A stretch of 64,000 bases of DNA from an uncultured bacterium (GTDB lineage Bacteria; Acidobacteriota; HRBIN11; JAKEFK01), in contig CAWINI010000003.1 in NCBI GenBank assembly GCA_963837395.1, positions 519,419 to 583,418 on the forward strand. The letters run 5' to 3'. Within the stretch, counting starts at the first letter, position 1; each line of letters begins with the position of its first letter. Of this stretch, positions 50,546 through 60,108 are shown piece after piece. The translations under genes were made by a program, and so were the position numbers. A model generated the notes under the pieces. It worked only from the letters and a program-made list of their open reading frames with translations. It searched no databases and had not been told where the DNA came from.

Positions 50546-51261
50546 CAATTCAGCGAGCGGCCACCATCGAGAACAATAATTTGGCCGGTAATATAATCTA
50601 CATCCGAGAGAAGGAAATCAACAGTTCGTAAAAACTCCTGAACAGTTCCTGTTCGATGCACAGGAATTTTCTCGATTACTTTTTGAATTTGCTTTGGGTC
50701 CATATTTTCTGGCGGCAAAATTGTTCCCGGAGCGATTGCATTCACCTGAACCTCCGGGGCCAATGCGCGAGCAAATCCGCGAGTTGCAGTAACCAGTCCT
50801 GCTTTAGCAATACTGTACGGAAAGTAATTTAAATACGGATGTTCTGCCGCAATGTCAGCAATATTTATGATCTTTCCTGAACCATTTGCTTTCATCCGTG
50901 CACCAAAATATTGGGTAAGAAAGAACGGCATTTTAAGATTAACTGCAATTTCGTGATCCCATATTTCTTCGTTTAGTTCATTCCATTTGGAATGAGTAAA
51001 TGAAGAAGCATTGTTAATCAGAATATCGATTTGCCCTGCTTCAACTTCAATTCGATTGCAAACATCTTCAACGGGTAGAGTTGCGAAATCCGCTTGAACT
51101 AGATTACAAGAAATTTCCGATCTTAATTTCTCAGCCTCTTTTCGCGAAGTGTTGTAGTGGATCGTGATTTTGCATCCTGAGCCTGATAGGTGAATTGCAG
51201 TCTCACGCCCCAGTCTCCGGGCAGCCCCGGTGATTACAACATGCTTCCCTTGAATATTCAT
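50542..51261 (-). CDS. SDR oxidoreductase, pteridine reductase/FolM-like
   Basis: TGAARRLG, NNAS, YSIAK, VNAIAPG. Confidence 0.82.
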   Translation of the reverse strand: MNIQGKHVVITGAARRLGRETAIHLSGSGCKITIHYNTSRKEAEKLRSEISCNLVQADFATLPVEDVCNRIEVEAGQIDILINNASSFTHSKWNELNEEIWDHEIAVNLKMPFFLTQYFGARMKANGSGKIINIADIAAEHPYLNYFPYSIAKAGLVTATRGFARALAPEVQVNAIAPGTILPPENMDPKQIQKVIEKIPVHRTGTVQEFLRTVDFLLSDVDYITGQIIVLDGGRSLNW

Positions 51262-51266
51262 GATTG

Positions 51267-51334
51267 CGTAAAAAGTAAAACGTAAAGCGTAATGCCTAAT
51301 GAGCGTTTTTACGTTTCACGTTCTACGTTTTACG
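51267..51334. repeat. Inverted heptamer array (CGTAAAA)n
   Basis: 5 units, gagcg spacer, 4 reverse units. Confidence 0.88.
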
Positions 51335-51337
51335 AAG

Positions 51338-51838
51338 CTAGTTGATTTGCCGCGTACACTTTTCAATTGCATCGCGAGCCAGAGTGTACTCCGGGGCGAG
51401 ATGAAGTGCCTTTTCAAATTCTCCCAAAGCCTTCTTCATTAAGCCTTGTGCCATATAGGCACGACCAAGATTGTAATGAGGAAAATGATATGACTCATAT
51501 CGCTTTGCCTGGAGCGCCTGTTCAAGCCACGGAATCGCATCACCATACAATTCCTTTTCAATCAAATAAGCGCCGATATCGTTATATGGGTTGCCAAAAT
51601 CTGGATCGACTTCTATTGCTCTTTTACATTCCTCAATTGCATCCTCCAATTTGCCTTGAAAAGCATAAGTCCAACCAAGAAATGTATGAGCTTCCGCGGT
51701 GGGATATATATTGATTGATTCCTTGTATAAATCGATCGCTTCTTCCAGATCTCCCTGCATTTGATGTTCATAGGCTTGCTGAAATAATTCATTCGCCAGA
51801 GTGATTGCATCCCGATCTTCTTTCATAGGAAGACTCAA
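51338..51838 (-). CDS. TPR protein
   Basis: AEAHTFLGW, GNPYNDIG, PHYNLG repeats; start may be 51826. Confidence 0.85.
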   Translation of the reverse strand: MSLPMKEDRDAITLANELFQQAYEHQMQGDLEEAIDLYKESINIYPTAEAHTFLGWTYAFQGKLEDAIEECKRAIEVDPDFGNPYNDIGAYLIEKELYGDAIPWLEQALQAKRYESYHFPHYNLGRAYMAQGLMKKALGEFEKALHLAPEYTLARDAIEKCTRQIN

Positions 51839-51889
51839 CCTCTAACTTATTGTATGTCTAATGCAGTGAACGCTTCCACTACAAAATTT

Positions 51890-52438
51890 TTATGAAGGTG
51901 GTCCCTTACCATTGCGGCCAATTTTCAAATGAAGTATGCGATGTTCGGGAAGATATTCAAGATCTAAATATTCATCTTCCAATCGCAGAACTTTATACTT
52001 CCCGCCTAGAATTTCTCCTTCGCCCCCAACATAAATTTGACCACCGTTGCTGATTGCGCCAAGTTTTCGTTCTTTTCCTTCGCGTTCATGATAAAAACCA
52101 AGGTACGTTACATCAGGACCGGTTGGAGTTGATGGTTCAGTTTCTGGTAAGACTAATGGTTCCGTTTCTACAACAGATGTTTGGTCTTCTGCATCAGATC
52201 CGTCACCGAATTTAAAAACATTTCGTTTCACATTACTAAATTCTTGAGGCTGTTTTTGTAACATTGAAAGTTCAGGCAAAGAATCTTCGGATCCTGGATC
52301 CGATTTTGTGGGAGTTTTTCGTATGTTCAAAACGGTAGGATTATCATTTGTCGGACCGGAAAAATAATAAATTGACGCAATCAGAGCGACTATCAACAAA
52401 ATAAAAATTTGCCATTGAACTCGTTCTGCTTTCGTCAT
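51890..52438 (-). CDS. Hypothetical bitopic membrane protein
   Basis: N-terminal TM helix, RNVF, beta-rich C-terminus; coupled to the upstream gene. Confidence 0.65.
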   Translation of the reverse strand: MTKAERVQWQIFILLIVALIASIYYFSGPTNDNPTVLNIRKTPTKSDPGSEDSLPELSMLQKQPQEFSNVKRNVFKFGDGSDAEDQTSVVETEPLVLPETEPSTPTGPDVTYLGFYHEREGKERKLGAISNGGQIYVGGEGEILGGKYKVLRLEDEYLDLEYLPEHRILHLKIGRNGKGPPS

Positions 52439-53289
52439 TCCTCAAAAATCCTTGCCCATTCCGGTAAAGCTAAACTTTCGGAGAGCCGATTGATATGATC
52501 CTTCAATTCTTCCAATGACTTTGAAGCAAATGAAATTTCAAGTACTCCGCGTTCTATAAACGAATTGTTCTTCGCCTGTATTCCCCGCCCCAAATTCAGT
52601 TGCTGCCAATCAGACGTAAATTGCTCCAGTTTCTTCTGATATAAAGGATAACGCACTGCCCTCAATTCTTTCAACAAAGCCTCCCCTCTCCGCTTTGGAG
52701 AGAGCCTTCTATCCTGTAAGATAACGAAAAAAGGATCGGTTTCCAATAAATTCCTCAACCCGGAGATCCGTTCCCTGATTTTCACGTCCCAGGCCATTCG
52801 GATGAATTCCGCCGTTTCATTGTCATTCAAATGAATTACGTCCGATAAGAGATCCAAAAGATATTCATGTGTAGCAGGTGGTGCTTCTTGAATGAGCGCC
52901 GCTTGCCTTATTGTAATTTTGCGCTGCGCCAGCAGAGTTAACATCGGAATTGATGCGGATTCTAAAATTGCAGGCAAACGTTGACCAGGAAGCTTGCTAG
53001 TATCAGCTCCCATAGAGCGAGCCCATCGTTTCCAAAGAAAGCAATCGATCTCGTCCCAGGCTCGCGATCTTAAATTGATTTCGTAGGCAGCCTCAAAAAT
53101 GTTTTCAACTGAAATTTGTGTCGCTTCAATTGAATCATTCTGTAGCAATTGAAACCTCCGATATCCATCAATCAAGTTGCTGTTCTGATCAATTACGAGT
53201 GGAGCATACAAAATCGATTGAGGCTGGAGAGGAAGAAGCATCGAAGGATGCATTGGTGAGAGATATATTTCTTGCTTCAAAATTTTCAT
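52435..53289 (-). CDS. Hypothetical protein with ParB/Srx-like N-terminus
   Basis: PLVI...LIDGYRR resembles the ParB nucleotide-binding motif. Confidence 0.5.
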   Translation of the reverse strand: MKILKQEIYLSPMHPSMLLPLQPQSILYAPLVIDQNSNLIDGYRRFQLLQNDSIEATQISVENIFEAAYEINLRSRAWDEIDCFLWKRWARSMGADTSKLPGQRLPAILESASIPMLTLLAQRKITIRQAALIQEAPPATHEYLLDLLSDVIHLNDNETAEFIRMAWDVKIRERISGLRNLLETDPFFVILQDRRLSPKRRGEALLKELRAVRYPLYQKKLEQFTSDWQQLNLGRGIQAKNNSFIERGVLEISFASKSLEELKDHINRLSESLALPEWARIFEE

Positions 53290-53873
53290 AGCATTGAAAG
53301 AATCTCCTTTGAAGGGATGGCGCCTTCACGCAAAATTTCAGGCATAGATTTGATCAATGAAATGATTGTAGAAGGAAGTCCACCGGGGCAAATTCCTCCA
53401 TTCAACACGATATCAATTCCGGCCGAAAGTTCTGAGTTCAAATTTTCAGCGTTTCGAACCGGTTCAGTTCCCGTGATATTTGCACTGGTTGAAATCACAG
53501 GGTTACCGAATATTTCAGAAATCAGGCGAGCTGAAACGTTGGACGAAACACGAATTGCGTAAGAGCTTGAATGATCTTTTGATGGAAGAACGATGGTTAA
53601 TGGTTCAGGCCAAAATCTTTCTGCAAGAATTGCGAAACGCTTATCGGATGTATCACAAAATCGGGATACCATTTCGGTGCTTGATGAAATAAGAGGTAGT
53701 TCTTTTTCAGCAGGTCGTTTTTTTAATTCATAAAGCCGTTCGCAAGCTGAAGGATTCCAGGGATCGACACCAAATGCATAAAACGTTTCTGTTGGATAAC
53801 AAATGATTCCACCGTTCCGGAGTGTTTCAGCGCACTGAAGATAAGCGTCAGGAGTATTGGCAAGGGTTTTCAT
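53286..53873 (-). CDS. tsaC: L-threonylcarbamoyladenylate synthase (Sua5/YrdC)
   Basis: YPTETFY, LKKR, STSAN, PSTI, LREGAI. Confidence 0.92.
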   Translation of the reverse strand: MKTLANTPDAYLQCAETLRNGGIICYPTETFYAFGVDPWNPSACERLYELKKRPAEKELPLISSSTEMVSRFCDTSDKRFAILAERFWPEPLTIVLPSKDHSSSYAIRVSSNVSARLISEIFGNPVISTSANITGTEPVRNAENLNSELSAGIDIVLNGGICPGGLPSTIISLIKSMPEILREGAIPSKEILSML

Positions 53874-53877
53874 AATT

Positions 53878-53903
53878 TGCGCGCGCTAAAAGCTCGCGCA
53901 CTC
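53878..53903 (-). repeat. GAGTGC-type REP-like hairpin
   Basis: Reverse strand reads gagtgcgcgagcttttagcgcgcgca. Confidence 0.55.
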
Positions 53904-54507
53904 ATCGTGATTGTAACGGAATCTGCCGCACAAAATTTGTAATCTGCAAAGCCAGTTCAGGAGAATCCACATACAATGAAAGTTCCTGATTCATTGCCAG
54001 AGCAGCGTGCGTAAGATTATGGCTGCCTACAAAGCAGTACCGGTCATCAATTACAAACACTTTGGAATGTGTAGTCACGCGAGTCAGATCAAAACGGATC
54101 TTTACTCCGGAATTTTTTAGCATTGCGGCTGCTTCAAGATTTGCATCCGTCGCTTCTTTATTATCATCAGAAACTTCAACCACAAGATCGACATCGACAT
54201 TCCTTTTGCTTGCAGCAACTAATTCCCGAAGTAGTTCTGTGGGTTCATTTTCGCGATGAGAAGTTAGCTTAAAAAAATAAACGGTCCCTAAAATGCGTCT
54301 ATGTGCCTCGCGGAAATGCTGTTTTAAGAAAGGATAATAATCTTCGTTTGCGAGTAGGACTATATTTCTGGCAGGTTCTTTTGCGGAAGGAAGCGCGGCA
54401 TTTTCCGGTTCTTCCTTCCGCTGTGAAAAGAACTGTTGAGAATACAGCAAAAAGAATACAGAGGCGGCGAATAAGAGGGCGGACATGGCCCACTGTTTTC
54501 GACGCAT
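53902..54507 (-). CDS. Membrane-anchored single-HKD phospholipase D/Nuc-family protein
   Basis: HSKVFVIDD..GSHN..NQE. Confidence 0.85.
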   Translation of the reverse strand: MRRKQWAMSALLFAASVFFLLYSQQFFSQRKEEPENAALPSAKEPARNIVLLANEDYYPFLKQHFREAHRRILGTVYFFKLTSHRENEPTELLRELVAASKRNVDVDLVVEVSDDNKEATDANLEAAAMLKNSGVKIRFDLTRVTTHSKVFVIDDRYCFVGSHNLTHAALAMNQELSLYVDSPELALQITNFVRQIPLQSR

Positions 54508-54532
54508 GAATTACACTTCCAGAAAAACCGGG

Positions 54533-54937
54533 TTAACTTTTCGCTACACTAACTTCTGGTGTCTGAGCTGCGCGGGAAGGTGGAGTTTTCCAAGCTTCTT
54601 TGGATTCACCCAAATTCATTTTTACTTCGCCCAGAATCTTTCCGCCTTCTTCCATGACAAAATGTTCTACTTCCAGATTCCCGGTCAGAACACCGGAGGG
54701 ACGGATAATTAGCTTGCGTGTTTTAATGTTGCCTTCAATGGTGCCGAGTAATTCAATTTCGGCAGCCTGGGTTACATCTCCCTTTAAACGGCCTTTTTGT
54801 GTAACTTCAAGACCGTCAATGGAGGTTACATTTCCATGTAATTCCCCCTCAAGTCGAAGCTTTCCACCTGGAAACGATATCTCCCCTTTGATGACCGCCC
54901 CCTCAGCGATTCTGGTAACTTTTGGTTCCTGATTCAT
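54533..54937 (-). CDS. Bactofilin
   Basis: IAEGAVIKGEI...G.L.G.V beta-helix repeats, MEEGG. Confidence 0.85.
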   Translation of the reverse strand: MNQEPKVTRIAEGAVIKGEISFPGGKLRLEGELHGNVTSIDGLEVTQKGRLKGDVTQAAEIELLGTIEGNIKTRKLIIRPSGVLTGNLEVEHFVMEEGGKILGEVKMNLGESKEAWKTPPSRAAQTPEVSVAKS

Positions 54938-54943
54938 ATTACC

Positions 54944-55714
54944 TCATCCTATTTCAGTCACCTGATACGATTCCTTCGAATCGTCCAGTACGTTTTCGAT
55001 TTTGTTGTCTTGGGGTTTGGTTTGTTCGTCAAACTCTAATTTTTCTCGTTTCTTCGATTCCTTCAGCTCGCGCTTCATTCGAATTAAATCGAGTGAAGCA
55101 AAACGGCCGCGAACCTTCGTAAGTTCGTGGATTACAATTCGCTCCGCTAGAATGTTTCCAACAACCCGGGCTCCTGGGCTAATAATCACACGCTCATAAG
55201 TTGCAATACCAAATTTGCGGGGAGTCATGTTGTAAAAAACACCCTTGATTTCAATTGTTCCCGGATGTTTGCCAGGTGACACTGTTTTGCCATCTGCGGC
55301 ATGATCCAAACCAATAATGCGACAGTTGATCAATTCTGCAGTATCAGTAAGCACAACGTTTGTTCCGCGATAGACTTTAATCGTACAGTTTTCGAGTCTG
55401 TCACCTATCACCAGATTCTCCGGCACCAACACAATCGCGCGCGACATGATGATGCGCTTTTGCAAAAGATGCGATTTAGCATTTTGATGCTCCGCTTCTT
55501 TTTTCAGCATCCGCTCATTTTGAAGCTTGAGCGTCTGATACTGCTGCTGAAGAATTTGATTGGCTTCTTTGTACTGTTGCAGCTCAGCCTTTAACAGCTC
55601 AAGCTGCTGTTCCAAAGAATGAACTTTGTCGGACTGCCGAAGAGCCATTCCGGTATTACCCAACGTTTTGATATTCGGGACTTGAAATCCCTCACCCTCC
55701 ACAGAGGGTAACAT
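54944..55714 (-). CDS. Coiled-coil protein with bactofilin-like beta-helix
   Basis: N-terminal coiled coil; ISPGARVVGNILAERIVI...VRGRF. Confidence 0.55.
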   Translation of the reverse strand: MLPSVEGEGFQVPNIKTLGNTGMALRQSDKVHSLEQQLELLKAELQQYKEANQILQQQYQTLKLQNERMLKKEAEHQNAKSHLLQKRIIMSRAIVLVPENLVIGDRLENCTIKVYRGTNVVLTDTAELINCRIIGLDHAADGKTVSPGKHPGTIEIKGVFYNMTPRKFGIATYERVIISPGARVVGNILAERIVIHELTKVRGRFASLDLIRMKRELKESKKREKLEFDEQTKPQDNKIENVLDDSKESYQVTEIG

Positions 55715-55823
55715 CGTATCAGGATCATTCCTCTAAATCAACCTCAACCAATCGATTACAACCTGTCCTTTTAGAAAATCAATGCGTTATTGAAAAAATT
55801 GGTTATTATTTCCCTTTGATTTC

Positions 55824-57287
55824 ATGAAGATCACAAATATTGACCAGGATCCTTTCAGCGTCCGAGCGGATGCGCATGCAATTCTTGTTCATGATGAACA
55901 TGAACTCACGCGTTCCGGAGATAAAGCCAATTCCTTATTGAGAGGGAATTTGAAAAGCGAACTCAAAAGCTCAAAGTTTCAGATTCGCAAACGGAACTCC
56001 CTTCTGTATTACACCGGTTTAGATTCACCTTCTCGAATCATCTGTGTGGCTATTAAAAAGGAAGAACCGTATTCAGTGGTGCTGCGCGAGGCAGCGTTTA
56101 CCGCAGTAAAAGCGGCTTGTGCCCATGGATTAAGCACTCTGGTTCTTGCATTTGATTCTGTTAAGGAATCTGAAACTCAAGCGGTAGCCGAAGGCGCATT
56201 GCTCGCCTCGTATCAATACTTGCGCTACAAAACTTCAAAAGAGAAAAATTCCGGCTTGACTGCGGTGACAATCGTTACTCGGAAATTACAACCGGATGCT
56301 TTGCGAATTGCGGAGGTGAATTATCGCGCAGTGTCGCTGGTGAAAGATCTTGTAAATGAACCTCCCGATTCACTAACTCCATCCGCGTTTGCCAAAGAAG
56401 CAGAAAAGATCGCACAAAAAAATAAATTGAAATTGCGAGTCTTTTTATCTGATGAATTGGGAAAAATGGGCGCTTTTGCTTTTTTAAGTGTGGGCAAAGG
56501 GAGCAAACAGCAAGGCAGGATGGTACATCTGACATATGAGCCGAACAAAAAATCTAAATTACACGTTGTACTTGTTGGAAAAGGGATCACATTTGATTCT
56601 GGTGGGTTGTCATTAAAACCAGAAAAAGCAATGGAGCACATGAAATCAGATATGGCCGGTGCGGCGACTGCGCTTGCCTGTGTACGTGCAGCAGCAGAAC
56701 TTCAATTGCCAATCAAAGTGACTGCACTTCTTATGGCAACTGAAAACATGCCGGATGGCGGAGCAAATCGACCTGGTGATGTAGTTCGATCCATGAATGG
56801 TAAAACGATTGAAATTACGAACACTGATGCAGAAGGACGGCTGGCATTAGCTGATGGACTTACATATGCGCAAACATTAAAGCCCGATTACATCATCGAT
56901 ATTGCAACTCTAACTGGTGCTCAAGTTGTTGGTCTCGGACGCCTGGTTGGCGGCGTAATGGGTAATAATGAAGACTTCGTACAGGAAGTTGCGAACGCCG
57001 GAAAAGAATCGGGCGAAACCATGTGGCCGCTTCCATTGTTTGAACCATATCGCGAGTTGATAAAAAGCGATATCGCGGACATCCGAAATTCCAGTGGAAT
57101 TCCGGAAGCCGGAACGATTCAAGCCGGATTATTCTTATCTGAGTTTGTTGATCATCCGCGTTGGGTCCACCTGGATATAGCAGGGCCTGCGTGGCAAGAA
57201 CGGGAATGGGGCGTATACAGCAAAGCTGCTAGCGGTTTTGGTGTGCGATGTCTCTTAAAATTTCTTACCGCAAAGTCACAGGAATAA
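55824..57287 (+). CDS. pepA: Leucyl aminopeptidase (M17)
   Basis: VGKGITFDSGG, MKSDMAG, NTDAEGRL, HLDIAG. Confidence 0.95.
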   Translation: MKITNIDQDPFSVRADAHAILVHDEHELTRSGDKANSLLRGNLKSELKSSKFQIRKRNSLLYYTGLDSPSRIICVAIKKEEPYSVVLREAAFTAVKAACAHGLSTLVLAFDSVKESETQAVAEGALLASYQYLRYKTSKEKNSGLTAVTIVTRKLQPDALRIAEVNYRAVSLVKDLVNEPPDSLTPSAFAKEAEKIAQKNKLKLRVFLSDELGKMGAFAFLSVGKGSKQQGRMVHLTYEPNKKSKLHVVLVGKGITFDSGGLSLKPEKAMEHMKSDMAGAATALACVRAAAELQLPIKVTALLMATENMPDGGANRPGDVVRSMNGKTIEITNTDAEGRLALADGLTYAQTLKPDYIIDIATLTGAQVVGLGRLVGGVMGNNEDFVQEVANAGKESGETMWPLPLFEPYRELIKSDIADIRNSSGIPEAGTIQAGLFLSEFVDHPRWVHLDIAGPAWQEREWGVYSKAASGFGVRCLLKFLTAKSQE

Positions 57288-57288
57288 T

Positions 57289-58017
57289 ATGGAGAATCAA
57301 GTAAACATTGTTACTGCTTTCACTGCTGGATTAATTTCGTTCATTTCACCGTGCGTGTTGCCGCTGGTGCCGGCTTACCTTTCATATATTTCAGGAGTTT
57401 CGCTGGATGCGATGAAAGGAAAATCTGAAGAAGAAAGAGTTGGTGGAAAAGTTGTTATCAACACTTTGTTGTTTGTGCTGGGTTTCACAATTGTTTTTTG
57501 TACGCTTGGTGCAACTGCAAGTTACATTGGCCAATATTTAGTGCGCTATAAATCATTCATCAATATTATTGGCGGCATTCTCATAATCATTCTTGGCTTA
57601 CATATGGCCAACGTGTTCCGGATTAAATGGCTTGATTATGAAAAACGGATCCAGGTGAAAGAAAAACCGCTAGGGATGATTGGATCAATACTTGTAGGAG
57701 CCGCTTTTGCATTTGGATGGACTCCTTGCATCGGACCAATTTTAAGCGGAATTCTTTTGATAGCGGCCGATCAAAAAACCGTTGCAGATGGAATTTTCCT
57801 GCTTGTGGTTTATTCGCTCGGTCTGGGCATTCCTTTTCTGCTAACAGGAATCGGCTTGAACTACGCAATTTCAGTTTTCAAGACGATCAAAAAGCATTAT
57901 CGCGGGATTGAATTGGCCAGCGGTGTGCTGCTTATTTTTATTGGTGTACTGGTTGCAACAAATCAGTTTTCTCGTCTGAGTGCCTGGCTGGCCCGTTTCG
58001 ATAAACTAGCTGGATGA
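57289..58017 (+). CDS. ccdA: Cytochrome c biogenesis protein CcdA
   Basis: SPCVLPLVP and WTPCIGP. Confidence 0.92.
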   Translation: MENQVNIVTAFTAGLISFISPCVLPLVPAYLSYISGVSLDAMKGKSEEERVGGKVVINTLLFVLGFTIVFCTLGATASYIGQYLVRYKSFINIIGGILIIILGLHMANVFRIKWLDYEKRIQVKEKPLGMIGSILVGAAFAFGWTPCIGPILSGILLIAADQKTVADGIFLLVVYSLGLGIPFLLTGIGLNYAISVFKTIKKHYRGIELASGVLLIFIGVLVATNQFSRLSAWLARFDKLAG

Positions 58018-58020
58018 ACG

Positions 58021-58060
58021 AGGCACAGGCTTGCGGAGGTTGGACGCCAAGCCTGTGCCT
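58021..58060 (+). terminator. Hairpin after ccdA, possible terminator
   Basis: aggcacaggcttg ... caagcctgtgcct, 13-bp perfect stem; weak U tail. Confidence 0.55.
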
Positions 58061-58065
58061 TAACA

Positions 58066-58094
58066 TTGCAGCGAATTTTGTTCTCTGTTAAGAT
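58066..58094 (+). promoter_or_regulatory. Putative sigma70 promoter
   Basis: TTGCAG-17bp-(TGt)TAAGAT. Confidence 0.5.
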
Positions 58095-58138
58095 TGGTGA
58101 CTTATTTAGGCTGAAATGGGGTTGAGAGTGGGACTGCT

Positions 58139-59080
58139 ATGGCAAACGCCAGCGATCGATTTACAGTAAAGTTTCGTGGCGTACGCGGTAGCCACGCCAT
58201 GCCAGGTTCGTCCACAGTTCGATTCGGCGGCAACACTTCTTGTGTTGAAATTCATGCCGGAAATCACTTAATCATTCTTGATGCAGGCACAGGCATCATT
58301 GGACTTGGAAATGAGATTGCCAGCAACCATGTTGCAAGCGGAAAAAACGTAAACGATCGAACCCCAATTATTTTTACGATCCTGTTCAGCCACACTCATC
58401 ATGATCACACTCAAGGATTTGCTTTTTTCAAACCAGCATATATTCCAACAAGCACCTGTTATCTTTTTGGGCCGCGAATTTTGGAAGAAGATCTTGAAGA
58501 AGGATTAAGTAAAGCGATGGTCAGCCCTTATTTTCCGGTGCAGTTGGAAGATCTTCCATCGTTTCGCAAAGTAAAAAGTGTTCATGAATCGGAAGTGATT
58601 GTTTTTGAAAATGACAATGATCCGCCGCAGGTGCTGAATTACTATCGCGATAATGACGCGAAGAACAGTCACAAAGTGCAGATCCGCGCTATGCATAGTC
58701 TTGCTCATCCCAATGGCGGTGTATTTGTTTATCGCATTGAAATGAATGGCAAGAGCGTTGTTTATGCAACCGACACAGAAGGATATGTTGGCGGAGATCA
58801 ACGGTTGATAAATTTTTGCCGCGGTTGCTCGCTTCTAATTCATGATTCCCAGTACATGCACACTGACTATGTTGGTGGTGCGAGTTCTGTGCAAGGCTAC
58901 GGTCACAGCACAGTAGATATCGCTGCAGATGTGGCATCCCAGGCCGGCGTCAAACAACTGGCTTTATTTCATTATGATCCCATGTATGACGACGCAACCC
59001 TGGTAGAAATGGAAAAACGTGCTCAGAGTATTTTCAAAAATTCTATTGCGTCGTTCGAAGGCTTAGAAATTACTTTGTAA
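58139..59080 (+). CDS. MBL-fold metallo-hydrolase (RNase Z/PhnP-like)
   Basis: GVRGS, GGNTSC, DAGTG, HTHHDH, TDTE, GHS, FHYDP. Confidence 0.88.
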   Translation: MANASDRFTVKFRGVRGSHAMPGSSTVRFGGNTSCVEIHAGNHLIILDAGTGIIGLGNEIASNHVASGKNVNDRTPIIFTILFSHTHHDHTQGFAFFKPAYIPTSTCYLFGPRILEEDLEEGLSKAMVSPYFPVQLEDLPSFRKVKSVHESEVIVFENDNDPPQVLNYYRDNDAKNSHKVQIRAMHSLAHPNGGVFVYRIEMNGKSVVYATDTEGYVGGDQRLINFCRGCSLLIHDSQYMHTDYVGGASSVQGYGHSTVDIAADVASQAGVKQLALFHYDPMYDDATLVEMEKRAQSIFKNSIASFEGLEITL

Positions 59081-59109
59081 TGATTCATTGAGGGAATTAA
59101 CCCCGAACG

Positions 59110-60108
59110 ATGGACGCTTTTAGAAGAACGATTGAAGCGGTTCTGGCAAACAATCGTTTCCTGATTACTACGCACGTGAATCCGGACGGAGATGGAATCG
59201 GTTCGGAACTCGGATTATTGCGTTTTCTCCAGGGTTTAGGAAAAGAAACAGTCATCGTTAATTCCACTTGCACGCCGGTCAAATATCGATTCCTTGAACA
59301 TCAATCTGAAATATATCTCTTCGATCCACGCAACAGTGCGGCATTAACCCAGGCAGAAGTAATTTTCATTTTAGATATTAGCAAGTGGGATCGATTGGGA
59401 CCCATGAATCAAATCGTTCGAAATCATCCTGGCTTAAAGATTTGCATCGATCATCATCCGCTTTCAGGCGATTTTGCAGATATCAATTGGATCTGTCAGG
59501 ATGCCTGCGCATCAGGCGAACTTGTTTTGAAGCTCATTACTGAAATGGGTGGTCCGTTAACCGCGGATATCGCTGAACCTTTGTACGCTTCGATTCTTAC
59601 TGACACCGGCGCTTTCCGTTTTCCAAATACAAATTCCAGAACACACAGCTCTGCATCAGTGTTATTGGAAACAGGAATTAATCCGGCGCAAATCTATGAA
59701 CAGATTTATGAGCGATGCTCTCCCGCGCGCGTAAAACTTTTGGGAATGGCGTTGTGCAATCTTGAGTATTTGCATTCAGGACGTCTTGCATGGACTGTAA
59801 TCACCCAGGAAATGCTTTCCAAAACGGGAGTCCAGCCTGAAGAGATCGAAGGTTTTGTTGATATTGCGCGCGGAATTCGCGATGTGCTTGCTTCATTGTT
59901 ATTTTTGGAATTACCCGATGGCCACGTAAAAGTCAGCTTACGTTCAAAAGGCGATGTCGATGTGAACGCATTTGCTTCGCGTTATGGTGGCGGCGGACAT
60001 CAACATGCTTCCGGAATCTTGATGGATGGCCCCATTGATACGGCTGTGAAGAGAGTGATTGATGCCAGTGAAGTCTTGTTCTCTGTGCAGCAGAAGTTAG
60101 TGAGCTGA
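59110..60108 (+). CDS. nrnA: DHH/DHHA1 oligoribonuclease / pAp phosphatase
   Basis: HVNPDGD, IDHH, TDTG, SLRS, GGGH. Confidence 0.9.
   Translation: MDAFRRTIEAVLANNRFLITTHVNPDGDGIGSELGLLRFLQGLGKETVIVNSTCTPVKYRFLEHQSEIYLFDPRNSAALTQAEVIFILDISKWDRLGPMNQIVRNHPGLKICIDHHPLSGDFADINWICQDACASGELVLKLITEMGGPLTADIAEPLYASILTDTGAFRFPNTNSRTHSSASVLLETGINPAQIYEQIYERCSPARVKLLGMALCNLEYLHSGRLAWTVITQEMLSKTGVQPEEIEGFVDIARGIRDVLASLLFLELPDGHVKVSLRSKGDVDVNAFASRYGGGGHQHASGILMDGPIDTAVKRVIDASEVLFSVQQKLVS

Noticed and set aside
53902-54507. PLD nuclease as a defence system
   Set aside because: It is membrane-anchored or exported, in a housekeeping context, with no helicase or methylase partner
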